From NCBI GenBank assembly GCA_964035545.1, contig OZ037770.1:10870463-10934462 (forward strand): DNA of 64,000 nt. The letters are read 5' to 3'. Origin of the DNA: Bugula neritina. Lineage: Eukaryota; Animalia; Bryozoa. Position 1 is the stretch's first letter, and every line of letters starts with the position of its first letter. Made by a program: the position numbers and the translations under genes. A model generated the notes under the pieces. It had not been told where the DNA came from and ran no database searches. It saw nothing but the letters and a program-made list of their open reading frames with translations. Below, piece by piece: positions 1-13,451 of the stretch.

Positions 1-3000
1 GACATAAGCTATACTGGTAAAACATTCTGATATTTTTGTAAGTTTTTTATTTATATAGTTAGCGATGATTATTCTAGAATCATCTTCATTTTTTATCAGT
101 TTGAAATTTCGCACTATCAATCAAGCATACTATCAGTGATTACCTTCTAAATTTTATTTTTTTTCATCACATGACAAAAGTTACACTGTTAATCAAACAT
201 TAACTAGAATATCAAATATGGTTCATGTATTTTTTTTCTATTAGTGAAAATGTCTAGCAAGTTATCAAGCTTGTAAAAATTAACAATCTTCAGGGGTTTT
301 TGGGTTTAGAAAAAAATTAGATTAGTAGATTTTTAAACCAAATTATTGTGTTGTACACGTGCAGTTGGTTGTAATATAAGTTTATATAAAATGAATTTTG
401 TTATTGTAGTGAGTGGTGGGCGTACCTTGACAGCCCTTGTGGATGAAGAGGTGTTATATAAAGAACCCTGGCTAATAACTGTAGCTAAGCATTCCATACA
501 ATGGACAGTTCACCTGATAACCAGGGCATCACCTTCAATGTTCTCATCAGTACAGTATAATAGAGAGTAAGATAGCCTAGCTCCGCCTTCTTCTGCAAGA
601 GATCCCGCCCACCATGACTCACTTTAGTGTCGCAGACGTTGAAGTGAAACTATTAATTTATATGCAATGATAGAAATTAGTGATGAAGTGATATAAGATA
701 GTGATGCAATGATGCATTATGTTTCAACATATAATGATATTTCAACAAGTGTGATGTAATTTACTTATTTTATAATAATATTCTGAGTTTAAAAAATGTA
801 ATCTATAAAATGATATATTGGTGGGTAGTTTTATGGATGCTTTAAGCCCAGCAATGTTGGCTGAAGTCACTGTACAAATCCTGTTTATATAAGCTGTAAA
901 TATCTTCGTACTGTACAATATCATTGATCTTTTTTATTGTCTGAATTTATCTATTTCTTTAGTTAGTAATATAATAATTTAACTCTTCTCTGATTATTTA
1001 TGTACGATGCATTCTGTAACTTACAACTCTTTATATTCTATTATAGCTACGTATTTTAAAGTTAAATTATTTAATGATCACATTTATGCTGCCCCTTTTA
1101 CGCTAGTTTCCCTCAAGTGTGTATTATAGGAAATATGATGTAACCCACATGCCAGTGATTGTAAAATCTTTTTGAGAATTATGACTGTGCAGGTCTCCTC
1201 TTTAGCAAAATTTCAATATTGTAAAAATATTACTTTGGAGTTGCCCTCCTTTAACTAAAACAGCTGACAACTCAACTGCCAGCATTCCTACTGTGTTGAA
1301 TAACTATCGGTTACTTATATAAATATGATATACAATACTATATTAAAATATGATGTTCACTATAATATATAATATATATGAATAATAAAGCCAATTGTAT
1401 AATGGAGATAATATGATATATTATTGGTAAGCAGAGTTTTCCAGTGCCATAGCTAGTTTGTATTGGTAGTCCATTTGTTTTCATCAATATGCTCACTTGA
1501 CGCAAACACCATTTTTAAGCTCCTGGTAGTTGAAATCACAATGCACTTATAGCTTTGCACAGCTGCTTTCTCATATATTATAGTGTTAATAAATCCATGT
1601 TTTATGAATCTACAATACAATATGTAAAGCAATACAAAACGTGGTAAAAATATAGCGTATATAAATTTCACGATAGCTTTTTGTCATAACAATTATATTA
1701 TTACAGTATTCTAAAAGAGCAGCGTACATTGCTTTTGCACAGATCAATTTTTAGTGTCAACAGTTTTGATGGAAGTTATGCTGAAGAAAATATTAGACTA
1801 TGTAAAGAGCTTTTATACTTCTCGATGGCTTAAACAAAAATTTAGTACATATGGCTTATGCTATAAGATGCTTGGGATTTCAATACATCATGTTTATGAA
1901 TAAATAGTTTACTTTAGCACATAATATTATGCTGAACTATTTAAAAATTATTAGTAGCCAACAGGACAAAGCGGAGATAGATGAGAATTGGTGATGAAAA
2001 AAACTTAAACAATTAATTATTAGTAACACTAGGGGGTAGAAAAACCAAATCACACCTACTGTGGTTCACAAATTTTCTTTCTATCAATTAAAGTTGATAG
2101 GTGTTGGGCATAATTAAATTTTTAAAATGTAAAAATAATGTTTATACTACTACCATGTTGCATATTAATTGTAAACAGTTGCAGACGCTAAAATTTATGC
2201 GATTAAGAGTTGTTTATCCACTGTTTATGGAGGGGACTACTCTGAAATGCAAGTAAAACTTAAACAACTTTGACCAAAGTGGAACCGTTAATAGACTAAA
2301 TAATGTCATCAAATCGGCAATTGGTTAGTTTACGGTAACACTGAAAGTAAATTACTAGTTGTTTTATAGTTAAACTTGATGATTGTCAGTTCTACTTAAA
2401 TTCATAGCTAAATTAAATTATATTCATGAAGCTAGAAGGAATTATCAATTTACTGTAGTAATTGAGGCTTACTCTCATTCTTAGAGTCAGACTCTGACTG
2501 AGAAGAGTGTGAGTCAAACTCAATTATTTGACTAATGACTTTCACTTTGTCTTTGACTCAGAGTCAAAGTCAAACTCAATGTCATTCAATTTCATTTTTA
2601 AATGATGAACTCATATTGATAATCATAATCACAATAATTATTATGTGAATGACCCAGTCTGAGTCTAATTGACTTTGTAGTTTACATATTTTAATATATA
2701 TTCAATGAATGAAAAATACTGACTATTGTTGTCACTTTGACGTATCAACTTGAAATACCCAGACATTATCTGATTGTGATTGACAAACAAACACAATGAA
2801 TATGATTCAATTGTGAAAAATCACAAAGGACAATGAATATGATGGTAGCATTGAGTCGTCAGTCAAAGTGAAAGTGATTGAGTTTGAATTTTACTTATAG
2901 ACTAATAATATTAATATTTATAATAATAATAGTATAACTATTTTAAATTTATTAGTATTACTATAGTATAGGCATAGCTAAAGGGAGAGCTTGTGCTTAT

Positions 3001-4128
3001 AGGTTAACTCAATATATAATAATAATTATAAGGCTAAGTATTAGTATAAGTATTAGTATCAGCATGAGTATTACTACGAGCATTATCATTATGATTATTA
3101 TTGTGATTAAGTTTTGGTTTTCATTGCTATTATAATTATGATGTTTGCAATACATTCACTCTAATGGATAAGTGCTCAATATTATTTCAAAAATGAATTA
3201 TAATGACTAAAACAATAATAATATTAGTATTATAAATTAATATTATTTTGATTACCAAGTTTCATAAGAACTTAAATAAAACAAAACAAAACAAGTCTAA
3301 TGTCAATGAGAATGAAGCAATAACATTAATTATAATTTAAGTGAATAGCTATTAAAATAATATGAATGACAGTTTGTTTATATATTTGATTCAGTGTCGG
3401 GGAAAAAATAAATATAAAAATAAACAGCTCAATAAAAGTGACTGGTTGATAGAACTTTTAAAGTTAAATTATTCTAATACTTTTACCATGGATATTTAAA
3501 TATTAAATTTAGAAAATAATAATTGCAATAAAAAAAGTTGCTGAACTTCAATTATCATTATTATTGTGTTAAACAAATAACAATCCTATGCTATCAGCAA
3601 GTGCAGCATCAGTATTATCTCTTTATTAAATCAAATACTTTTCAACTCAAATAAAAGTTGTACTATAAACGACAAAAGTAATTCCAAATGTTGTTGATTT
3701 TTTTTCCGTTTTCAGTTTTAATAATATCTTTTTGTTAAGTATTAGAAATTTAATTAATATTTATAATTTTTTTGTATATGTGTAAATTAAAAAATAAATG
3801 TACTAAACTCTAAGTTTTATGTCTTATTTTGAATTATGAGAATCAGTTTAAAGCAGTAGTTGAAACGTATTTCATCAATTTGTAATTTAAAGTTTTTTTG
3901 TTGTAAATCTATTATAGCGGATAATTAACTTAAAAAAGTTTCACGGCGAAACAAACTTTATGTTCTCTATCGCCTCTACAAAAAGCATGTTTGTCTTAAT
4001 TTTAAAACTCATACATTTTGTAAACGACTCGTGAACTCTCATTCATTGTAGTTTATGTTGAGGCAATGATCGAGTTTGTCTAAGATAGATGTCATGGTGT
4101 AAGAAGCACGGCAGTCATATACAAGACT

Positions 4129-7100
4129 ATGGCTGATTTGTCGTTTTTACTTGCTGAGCTCAACGATTTGAAGACTCGTTGTGAGAAAGTTGTAGCGGGT
4201 TCTACGCTTGTAGCCTGTGTACCTCAAGTGGTTCAAGTGAAAATTTCGTAAGTAACTTTTCAATCACCTTAGCTCTAAAATTTTATGGATAAGAAATATT
4301 AATTTTTAGTCAGTTTTGCTCTAAATAATTCAGAAAAAAACAGTAGATATTACCATGAAAAATAAATATTTTTCATTACTATTTGTGAAGATTTCAGTGA
4401 ATCACCTTCACTAGCTTTCAAAGTACAGTAGAGCCAATAAATTCGAAAAGCAATTGGCATAAAATCTTAGATTATTGATAGTTGTAGATTTTTTGCTATC
4501 AACTTATGTCATAGTCGATTGATGATTTAATCACTAAACTGCAAAGTTGAAAAGTTAGTCAATGGAGTGAGCTAAAGTTAAATTTGCATAACAAAAATTA
4601 TGTTAGTCAATAGAGTGTGCCAAAGTTGAATTTAACATGAAAAAATTGCGTTTCTACCTTCCACAGTAAAGTAATGCACATTTCGTTTGCATTTTGAGTT
4701 CAATGCTAGGCTGCACAGTGCCAATGGATACATACATGCTTCTTTTTATGAAAAGTTTGTGATTGCTGGCTATAGTGTTACATACTAACTATACATACAT
4801 TTTACATGCAGGAGGACAGAGTTTAAGGAATTAACCGCCCATTTTCAGTTCCCTGTGGACTACCCATCATCCCCTCTTACTATAGAGCTGAAAAGTAAGC
4901 CACTAGACTTCAAGTTACTGCAAGGATTGGAGAAAGTCTGTACGGATGAAGTTAAGAAGTATGTTCATAAGCAGCAGGTGAGGTATCATATAGCTTTGAT
5001 AAATTGCTGTGTTTCACGCATTTTGAAATCAATCATAGTGGCAGTCAGTAATAAAATATCTGAAGTGCTTATCTAATAAAACAATAAAGTAAAGTCTAAA
5101 CTAGTCAACAACTAATCGAAAATTTTGTTTTTATTTATAAGTTTATAAAAAAGAACATACTGTAAAGTTAACAGCTTCATTATCTCAAATATTTGACAAA
5201 AAACAACTACTGGCAAATAAAATTTCTGATCTAAGTCCATCTCTGGAACCCTGGTTATGAGCCTCTATTTACTGTGTCAAGGTAACACGTTGCCTAGTAA
5301 CCGTGGTATGTTTCCTTTGTAGGTGATGCCCATGTTGTTGTTTATACGCAAGTTTATAGATGACAACCCATTGTGCGTGTGCCGCGGAGAGGTGGCTCAT
5401 ATACAGAAGAACCTTCTAGAACCTGGTGATGCGCTCAAACTCAAACAGAAGACCTCCCAGATTAGTCTCACCATCTGCGGCGGTCAATATTTTATTAAGA
5501 TGTTGTTTACTGTCCCCGACTTGTATCCACTAGAAAAACTCGGGTTAGTCTGAGTCATACAATTATTTGTAGTAAGGAGCAGTCGTGGTCTGGGGGTTAG
5601 AGTGTTTGGCTTAGTACACACAAGATCGTGGGTTTGATCCCCAGTAGAGGCCATCGGTGATGTTAGGAAGAGCATCCAGTCATAATTGCTCCCGTGGCTC
5701 ATCTAAATAAGTCCTTAGCCCTCCTTTAGAAAAACCTTTCCATCAGGGGTTTCTCACAAGAGTAGTGACTGTAAACTTGTGGAGATTTGTTTATTTAATA
5801 ATTCATAGTGATTTGATATACTGAAATTCTACTAAATGTTGAGAAGAACATGTTTAGGGGGGGGGGGGGTTCAACAGTGTGTGATAAGCACTTGTGGGAT
5901 GACTGAGCTCTTCATTTGGCACGCTAATTACCAACATGCAGCTGCCGTCACTATTTGTCAGCATATTTCTGTCAGACAACTCATACTACTTTGAAACTGC
6001 AATTGATTTCACACTTGGTATTTGTTTTCTTAAAATTCTAATGAGGCTTAAAAGTTTGAAATGTAATTAGCATGAACTTCTTTACTTGGTGTGATTTTAA
6101 GTTGCCGTAGAAGCTCTGTGCTTAACTTATGTGAAACTAAGTCAACCCCTTTGAGCCACTGGTATAGTGGTTGAGTGATCCGTGATGGGCGGTTTCTTAT
6201 GACTTTTATTCTCACAGATGCTATGATACTGTCACTTCTTATATACAGAGTAGAGTGTGTTGATCACAATTTCCCCGAGCTATTCAAGCAGAATTTCTTT
6301 GGCCAGTGTGTCGAGATCGCCAGAAGATGTGTGGAACCACCTCTTCGGAAAAACCCCAAGTATTGCATAGTATTTCTTGTTCAGTTCTTTTTCCTAAATC
6401 CCCTACATACTGCATGTTATATTGTCTTGATTTTATGGAATTTACAATATTTTTGTGTTAATACTGCTTTTGTACAATTAGAGCACTAAACATTTCAGTA
6501 TTAAATCATATTGTAGGTAAAATTGTCAGTTGATGTTTTTGATTATAGAGCTCCACCTTTTCAACCGAAGCCATCGTTACAAGAAATAGCTGATTTCCTG
6601 TTTACTAACTGTGTTAAGAGATACCACAATGAGTCGTGCCCGTACTGCAAGAACCAGGCTTTGCCAACTAACTCCAAGGCTAGTATTCTGCTAGTACTTT
6701 ATGCTTATCACTTTCCATTTCGTTGAGACATAATTTCTCAATCTCTTGAACTTTCATTTAGTTGATAACTTTTGCTTCAGCTTTTTCGATGCCTTTTTCA
6801 AATTACTGAGTAGTCCATACATTATTAACTGTTATTTTAATTTGTTACTCTCAAGTCATATTTCACATCTAGTTGTGTGTGTACAGTGGGAAGGCAACTT
6901 CAAACTACAATATAGACTTTGTAATGTGTAGGATATTGTGAAGGACCCCAAAGCAGATATGCATGTAGAGAGAGTGTACTGTGGTCATATTTATCATCAT
7001 AAATGTCTAGACGTCTATATGAAGACACCTCCTTTTGCAGGTACATAATGTAATACATATGCATATGTAATATGCTGTCATATATTTGCATATATTATAT

Positions 7101-7790
7101 ATTGTAATGTATATGCATATATAATATGTTGCTGTAATATATGCATGTATTATATGTTGTTATATATACATATATTATATGTTGCTGTCATATATACATA
7201 TATTATATATTACTGAATACTGTCATACATGCATATATTATATGTTGATGTAGTATATGAAAATGTTATATGTTGCGGTTATTATGCATATATATGTCAT
7301 TGCTATGAACCCTTACCTTATGAACACATGGTATGTGTTGCCCAATGATTACATATAACTAATATGTTCTTCGTATGACTGTAGAATAGTTTAAAGGTCT
7401 GTTGTAAGTTTCTAACTCTTCATATTTGTTTAATATAAAATTGAGTCGCCCTCTGCATTGAAAAGACAACTTCTTACTGCTTATTGTGACTATTGAGTGC
7501 CCTTGACATCAAATATACAGCCCATAGCTCTAGCAATCATCTATGCTTATACAAGACAGCCTATCTGTGTTTAGCCAATACAACGTTGTGTACTACATTT
7601 TCAGCCAATAAAACAGTGTGATACATTTTCATAGTTCTGAAATTTTGCAGGAGGTAAGAAATGTTTGTCCTGTGAAAATAGAATTTATCATGAAAAGTGG
7701 AGCATAACTCCAGATGTTGCTGAGGCTAGGTGGGCTCACAAACAGGCTAAAGATCGGGAGCTAGACGAGGTGATAGACTTCTTGCAGTAG
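4129..7790 (+). CDS. Uncharacterised tandem RWD-like + RING-H2 protein, putative E3 ubiquitin ligase (331 aa, 7 exons)
   Basis: Exons 4129-4247, 4812-4977, 5323-5543, 6249-6359, 6549-6678, 6932-7040 and 7651-7790 join in phase (996 nt). RWD YPxxxP-type motifs FPVDYPSSPL and VPDLYPLEKL. RING-H2 ligands CPYC...CGHIYHHKC...CLSC. Intron 5 donor is GC. Confidence 0.85.
5576..5793 (+). mobile_element. tRNA-derived SINE, family 1, full length
   Basis: A-box-like TGGTCTGGGGG and B-box-like GGTTTGATCCC, followed by the shared body GGTGATGTTAGGAAGAGCATCCAGTCATAATTGCTCC found in about 8 copies in this window. Confidence 0.85.
7045..7300. repeat. Degenerate AT-rich minisatellite (about 24-nt unit, ATATGCATATATTATATGTTGCTG-like) in intron 6 of the RWD-RING gene
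   Basis: Repeated TATATTATATGTTG / ATATGCAT blocks are visible directly. Confidence 0.7.
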
Positions 7791-7891
7791 AGGTTTCCGT
7801 AGCAACATGACAACATTGAGCTCATCAAATCACCTGACCATGCCAGCCAAAAGTTCCTAGAATTTTTGCTAAGTTTAGACTGTGTTTAGCG

Positions 7892-8006
7892 AATTTTTCT
7901 ATAAGCAGCACCAAGTTGGAGGTGACTGAGTGCAGTAATTGGGGTTCTTGGCAACTGCAAATTACTGAACTTAATCACCCCCAACTCAGCGCTGGTTATA
8001 GAACAA
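7892..8006. mobile_element. Palindromic MITE (TATAAGCAGCACC family) in the 3' UTR region of the RWD-RING gene
   Basis: Inverted ends TTCTATAAGCAGCACCAAGTTGGAGGTGA ... TCACCCCCAACTCAGCGCTGGTTATAGAA; related copies near 13452, 22506, 42519 and 55735. Confidence 0.7.
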
Positions 8007-11000
8007 TACGTGAATAACATTCGAATATTTCACAAAGTTTAAATACCAGGCATTTTTGTTTGTTGTATTTTTCTGCAATGATCTGCTCTACTGATGTACA
8101 AATAAATAAGTTCAAGTCAATTTACATGTATATAAGTGATTTATATATTTTTTATTTTAATATAAATATATATAAGCTATTCTTCATCACGCTAAAGCTC
8201 TCTGCATTACACTTTTTACATTACAGGTTGTTACAAATTGATAATAGAATGTCTGCTGAAGTCTCGCACGATAATGAATTATTCTATATGAACGTCTGAC
8301 ACATCAAATGGATATTTTATTTCTTTGCTAAGTTATTCTGTTGCCAAACATATATAAGACTTAAACAATATGCAAAATGACTTCAGATTAGCTTCCGGGA
8401 CTTGTAGTTAGCTTTATAGTGTGGTCATTCTAACTGCACTTTAAGGTGCCCGTGTAGCCATTTCATTAGCTACAAGTAGTTGACCTGGTAATGAAAATAA
8501 GAATGGAGTTATCTACCCATATGCTAATAGAATAATGCATCCCATTCTTACTGCCCTAAATGAGCACTTCAATTTTTGCTAATGACTGACAATAGATTTG
8601 ATATAGTTTGACAATATTAGAGTAAATAGTATTTATCAACCGCAATGCAAAATTTTTCAAATATATATATATATATATGTATGTATGTATATATATGTAT
8701 ATATGTAAGTATTGTACGATCTATGTAATCAGGTATACATAATGGCCTATATCAATTATTACAACATAATGGGCTATTGTTAAAAGCATATTTTATGGGC
8801 ACATTACTAATGAGCTCTAATAGCAATACAAATAGCCTACAGCTAAACAAATATAATTATACAGTATAGAATAATTAATAGCAGCGCTTATTTCAACTCA
8901 TCATGCCTAATAAATAACTGTACAATCTTGTTCAAATTCAGTTAGTTTAGTACAATCAACAGAGCTGGTAAGTTCATAACACTTGCATCTCTAGCTTATT
9001 TAATATTAATAATTATTAGTTACACTCCTCAAAATCACTTATAATAACGATAAACTTATGTAGCTCAATTTAATTTATAGTACACTGTATATTATCGGAA
9101 ATATATTACATGTGAAATTTAATAAATATGAGTAATGAAATCGTATCTATATGTAACGTATTTTCAGTACAGCAAAAGTGGTATAGATATAAAACCTCTA
9201 TGTAAACTTATGTTTGAAAGCTATTTTACGTCATCTAACAAAAAGGTTCAATTTAGTGTGGTTTAAAATCTTTATCATGAAGCTCCAAAAACATTTTGGT
9301 ACAAAAAGGTGTATACTGCTGTAAGTTAGAAACAATAGGCAGGCTCTTGAAGTACTTTTGGCTAAAGAATGCTCAATGCAATAACCTAATTCTCAGCAAC
9401 ATATATATATGATTTTTTAGACATTATAATTGTTTCTTGGAAAAGTGTTTTAATATTTTTACAATTTTTTTATGTGTAGTAGCATTGTCATGACAAAAAC
9501 TATGCTATGTCCGTAAAATACGTGGAGTATTAGTATTTGTCTATATTTTAATAGTAGATAAAACTATTTATACTGGTGATGCTAATTTTACAGTAGCATA
9601 ACATTCTGATTCTCAAGCTGGGAAGCACATCATGGGAATTCTTAACTATCAAAACCTATTGCTGTAATAAAGCTAATTACTATATAAATATTTTAGTATT
9701 TTATAATTATATGTATTGCATACCACAACTAGCAGTAGTTGATATAAATATTGCTTTTTATTACTGAGAAATTAATTTTTCCATGAAATAGATATGAAAC
9801 AATGCATGAAAGGTCAGTACACACTTGCAAAGCTGAAACTACTTTGCTGTATATTTCTTCGATGCAATCACTATGTAATTAGCTAATTGTAATTTTATAT
9901 TAGTCCTTGCTGAGATTTTTCTAGGAAACTTTGCATATAAATTAGCTCCACTATCAGCTAATTAAAAGAAATAATATTCTAAATAATATGCTAGTTACAT
10001 CAATGAGCGTAAACATTTCATTCTGCTGCATAATCAAAAAATCTGTAGAATTCAATTCACGGCATCTAATAGCAACTAGCATGCACACACATGCCTATGT
10101 ACATTGAATTTGTGCAAGTGGCTGTATATCGTTTACTAAGTAAACATTGTAATTGTTGTGATTTTTGGACAAACTCCATATAGTCTTTCTTGTACCATAA
10201 TTACAATATTTCACTTTTTGTTTTGACCTCAGCAAGAGCAAAAGGAGTGTTACATTTAAAATAAAAAAGGTTGTAAAAAGTTCATTACTTTTCTGCAGGG
10301 TGAAGAAACAAATTAAAAAGTTGGCTCAGTTATTTATTAAGCACTAGTAACTCAATTTTATGTTTGTATAACAGAAAAAATATTTTTGAGTACAGCATAT
10401 TACATAATAATAACAATATATGTTAGTGCTACTTAATTGAGTGCCAGATATACAGTTTATAGCATGGCAGGTTAATAAGGTTAAACTGTTTATTTGCAAA
10501 GAACAGGTTTTAGATGGTGAATCACTAGAAACATAGTCTATTTCTATTTTGTTCTATACCTGAGGAATTGTTTAAAAATAACATTAGGTATAGGTAATAT
10601 TATGTATAATTAATATTGGTATATTTATTATTAAAAGATATCTATATGGTATTAAAACTTCTAGATTAATGTCCCTATATGTCTATGTTATGTTGTCCCT
10701 GATGATTTTTGTATCTAAGAGTAATAATATACTGTATACATCTATTCAACCCTTCATAATGTCATTACGCATATTAAATTGTTAGTTCTACTAAAAATAT
10801 ACTAACTAATTTTGTATCTATATAACAAGTTTACATTTTACCTGCAGTATCTGAATGTTGTTTTAGATTATGTGACAGCCACCTATAGCGAGTCTACAAA
10901 AAACATTTGCAAATTATATAAAGTTGAGTGCCCTTTAACAAAAAACAAGTAAAGCAAAAGCATGCAGCTATGACTAAACCAAAACTAATTCTCTTGTGGT

Positions 11001-12000
11001 ATAGTTTCTCAGCCTATAAAAAGAAATATTTATTATAAAATTTTTGTGTGTGGGTTTTTCTGCACATAATATGTGTTATAACTGTAAGCCAGTTCACACT
11101 TCAGTACCTCTTTCGTTGTTACTAAAGTTTCCATGTAGCACACATGAAGTTTCCGTGTGACCAAAATTATGTATTAGAAAATTGTAATTACAGGCTGAAC
11201 GATGATATATAATAAAAAAGCACTAGTAAGTAGTAATATGCATGGTATGTATTAACTTATAGGATTGATGGCAGGTATAATAAAGTATATAGCACCTTGT
11301 CTACCTTAGGCTGCAGTTTTTCCTGTAAAATAACTGTTCCTATCGGGTTTCGAACCACAGACCTCTGACTTTACACCACAGGAACTTCTGGGTAATCTCA
11401 ACACTGCACTTCCCTACTTTTGGCTTGTCTTTTTAATATGTATATGCAGATCTGCTTTGACATAATATTATGAATACAGGCCGGAAAGCAGGGAAGCACT
11501 GCAGGCTAAGCTTAGCAGGTGCTATGTCAGACACCTGCTAACCTTGCCATGAGCCAAACAAGACACTTGTCAACTTTGACACAAGTCCATATATATAGCA
11601 GGCGGATATGCACTATTATAACAACATGCTCCCATTGTGTAATTATATAATCACATGGAAACTGTAAAAGTAACAACATGCTTTGTAAGCACAGTTTATA
11701 AAAAATTAGCAATAATTTCTATGTTATATAATACCGTTAAACAATATAGCATAATCAATTTATATATCACTGCAAATAATTATGTTAGTGTTATTTGTCA
11801 CCTATAATGAATGTATATAACCACAATTATTTATCACTAAAATTTGTACCTGCATCATACATTACTATACAGTAAATATTACTGCTAAGTATAATATGTA
11901 CTAATATAGTCTTACAATATTATATACAAGTTGTCTTCTGTGTTTTGTAACTTATACTATATTATATACCACATTTCGTTATTCAGTTGCTAAGCAATGC

Positions 12001-12087
12001 TAGGCGTGCACCAATCAAAGTAACTGTTGTAGGTGGTGCACCAATCACAGTAACTGTTGTAGGCGGTGCACCAATCACAGTAACTGC
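12001..12087 (+). promoter_or_regulatory. Three 30-bp tandem repeats, each with a CCAAT box; candidate promoter of the BOK-like gene
   Basis: Unit TAGGTGGTGCACCAATCACAGTAACTGTTG; CCAAT at 12011, 12041 and 12071. The repeat is directly visible; the promoter role is inferred. Confidence 0.45.
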
Positions 12088-13451
12088 TGGAAGTTATCAA
12101 CATTTGTATAAGCATGCCTTGTTAATTAATCAAAAACAGCCAGTTTTAATAGCTCGCAGCTCTCACTAACTTACATCACTGCTGGGGTGAAGTCTATTAC
12201 TACTATATATATATCACTAATCTTTAGCTATTTACAACAGAAGTAACTAGTGAATTTATAATTCTCCGCACGAGATATTTTTTTCAGGTGATGTAAAGGT
12301 GGGTAGGTATTGTACTATAGGTACTGTATATATTTGTAGTGATGTACAAATCCATTTGAAACTCAAGTTGCTTTCCATTATCATAACTTTCTTTATTATG
12401 ATTCAACTTGCACTTACATGGCAGATTAATGCATTTACCTATAGATATTGTGGTTTATATGATTATAAAATATTGCTGCCATAAAACATACATTTATACA
12501 TTTAGCAGCACTTAAATCTATGCATATGTTATCACTGTACTTACCACAGCATAAGTGGATTACTATGGGGTAATAATTACTAGTAGGGCCTATAGACTAT
12601 TTATATCTCAGTTATTATGGACTTATGATTCATACTCCATAAAGCATGGGTAGGGTGCTACACATATCCTGTAAACAAGAAGGTATGAACTTTCTTATAG
12701 CTTCTATATGTAAGTTTAAATGTTATTTTGGTATAATATTGTGTTGCATATTATATGTATAGTATTTTTGTTGCATATTATATGTATAGTATTTTTGTTG
12801 CAAATAATCTGTTAGTAATGTTTTTAGCTTTACTGAAAACAAGCCTTTTATTTACATAAATTATCATGATACTGATAATGATAGTACCGATTATTGTTCT
12901 AAATTAATGGAGAGTTTGGAATTGACATAAGAGGTGTAAAAATATTTTTACACTGCCTATTATTTGATAAGTCATTGGTTGCTAGAAGTAGAGCAAGATA
13001 TACTATCACTAAAGGCAATATTTCTTCTACTAGAACAAATAACATGGCACCATCCATTAATAATAAGGAAGCAATGTGCCTATACAGTGAGATCATACAC
13101 AGCATTATGTGTGTTATCTACTTAACATATTAAATATTAAATGTTTAGAGTAGAAATAATGTAAAGGAACTAAGTGTTAATAAAGCTATTTTGTTTTTGT
13201 TTTCAAAGTGTCAAACAGCTACGTCTGCAGCGTATAGATATGGAAACAGTAACCTTGCTGATGATGAATTGATTTAGGTGTGACTTCCACTTTATTTAAT
13301 TTAATGTGCTCAGTCATATTGAGTAGAGTTAATGCTTTATGGTAACTAGTGAAATTCTGGTAACACAGCATCATAACTAGCAACTAGCTACTGCATTAGT
13401 GTCATGTATGCAAGTCACCAAGTTATACAAGCTTTGACAACCACATGCATT

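Noticed and set aside
411-458. Frame EWWAYLDSPCG-TGA-RGVI-TAA as a possible selenoprotein C-terminus
   Set aside because: No SECIS found downstream: the 619-647 hairpin lacks the apical AA and the 3' GA of the quartet, and the frame itself is unverified.
11542-11661. Minus-strand exon-like block (CTTTTACAG ... AG|GTTAGC), possibly a transcript divergent from the CCAAT repeat
   Set aside because: No recognisable protein and no linked in-phase exons; splice-like signals alone are too common to support a call.
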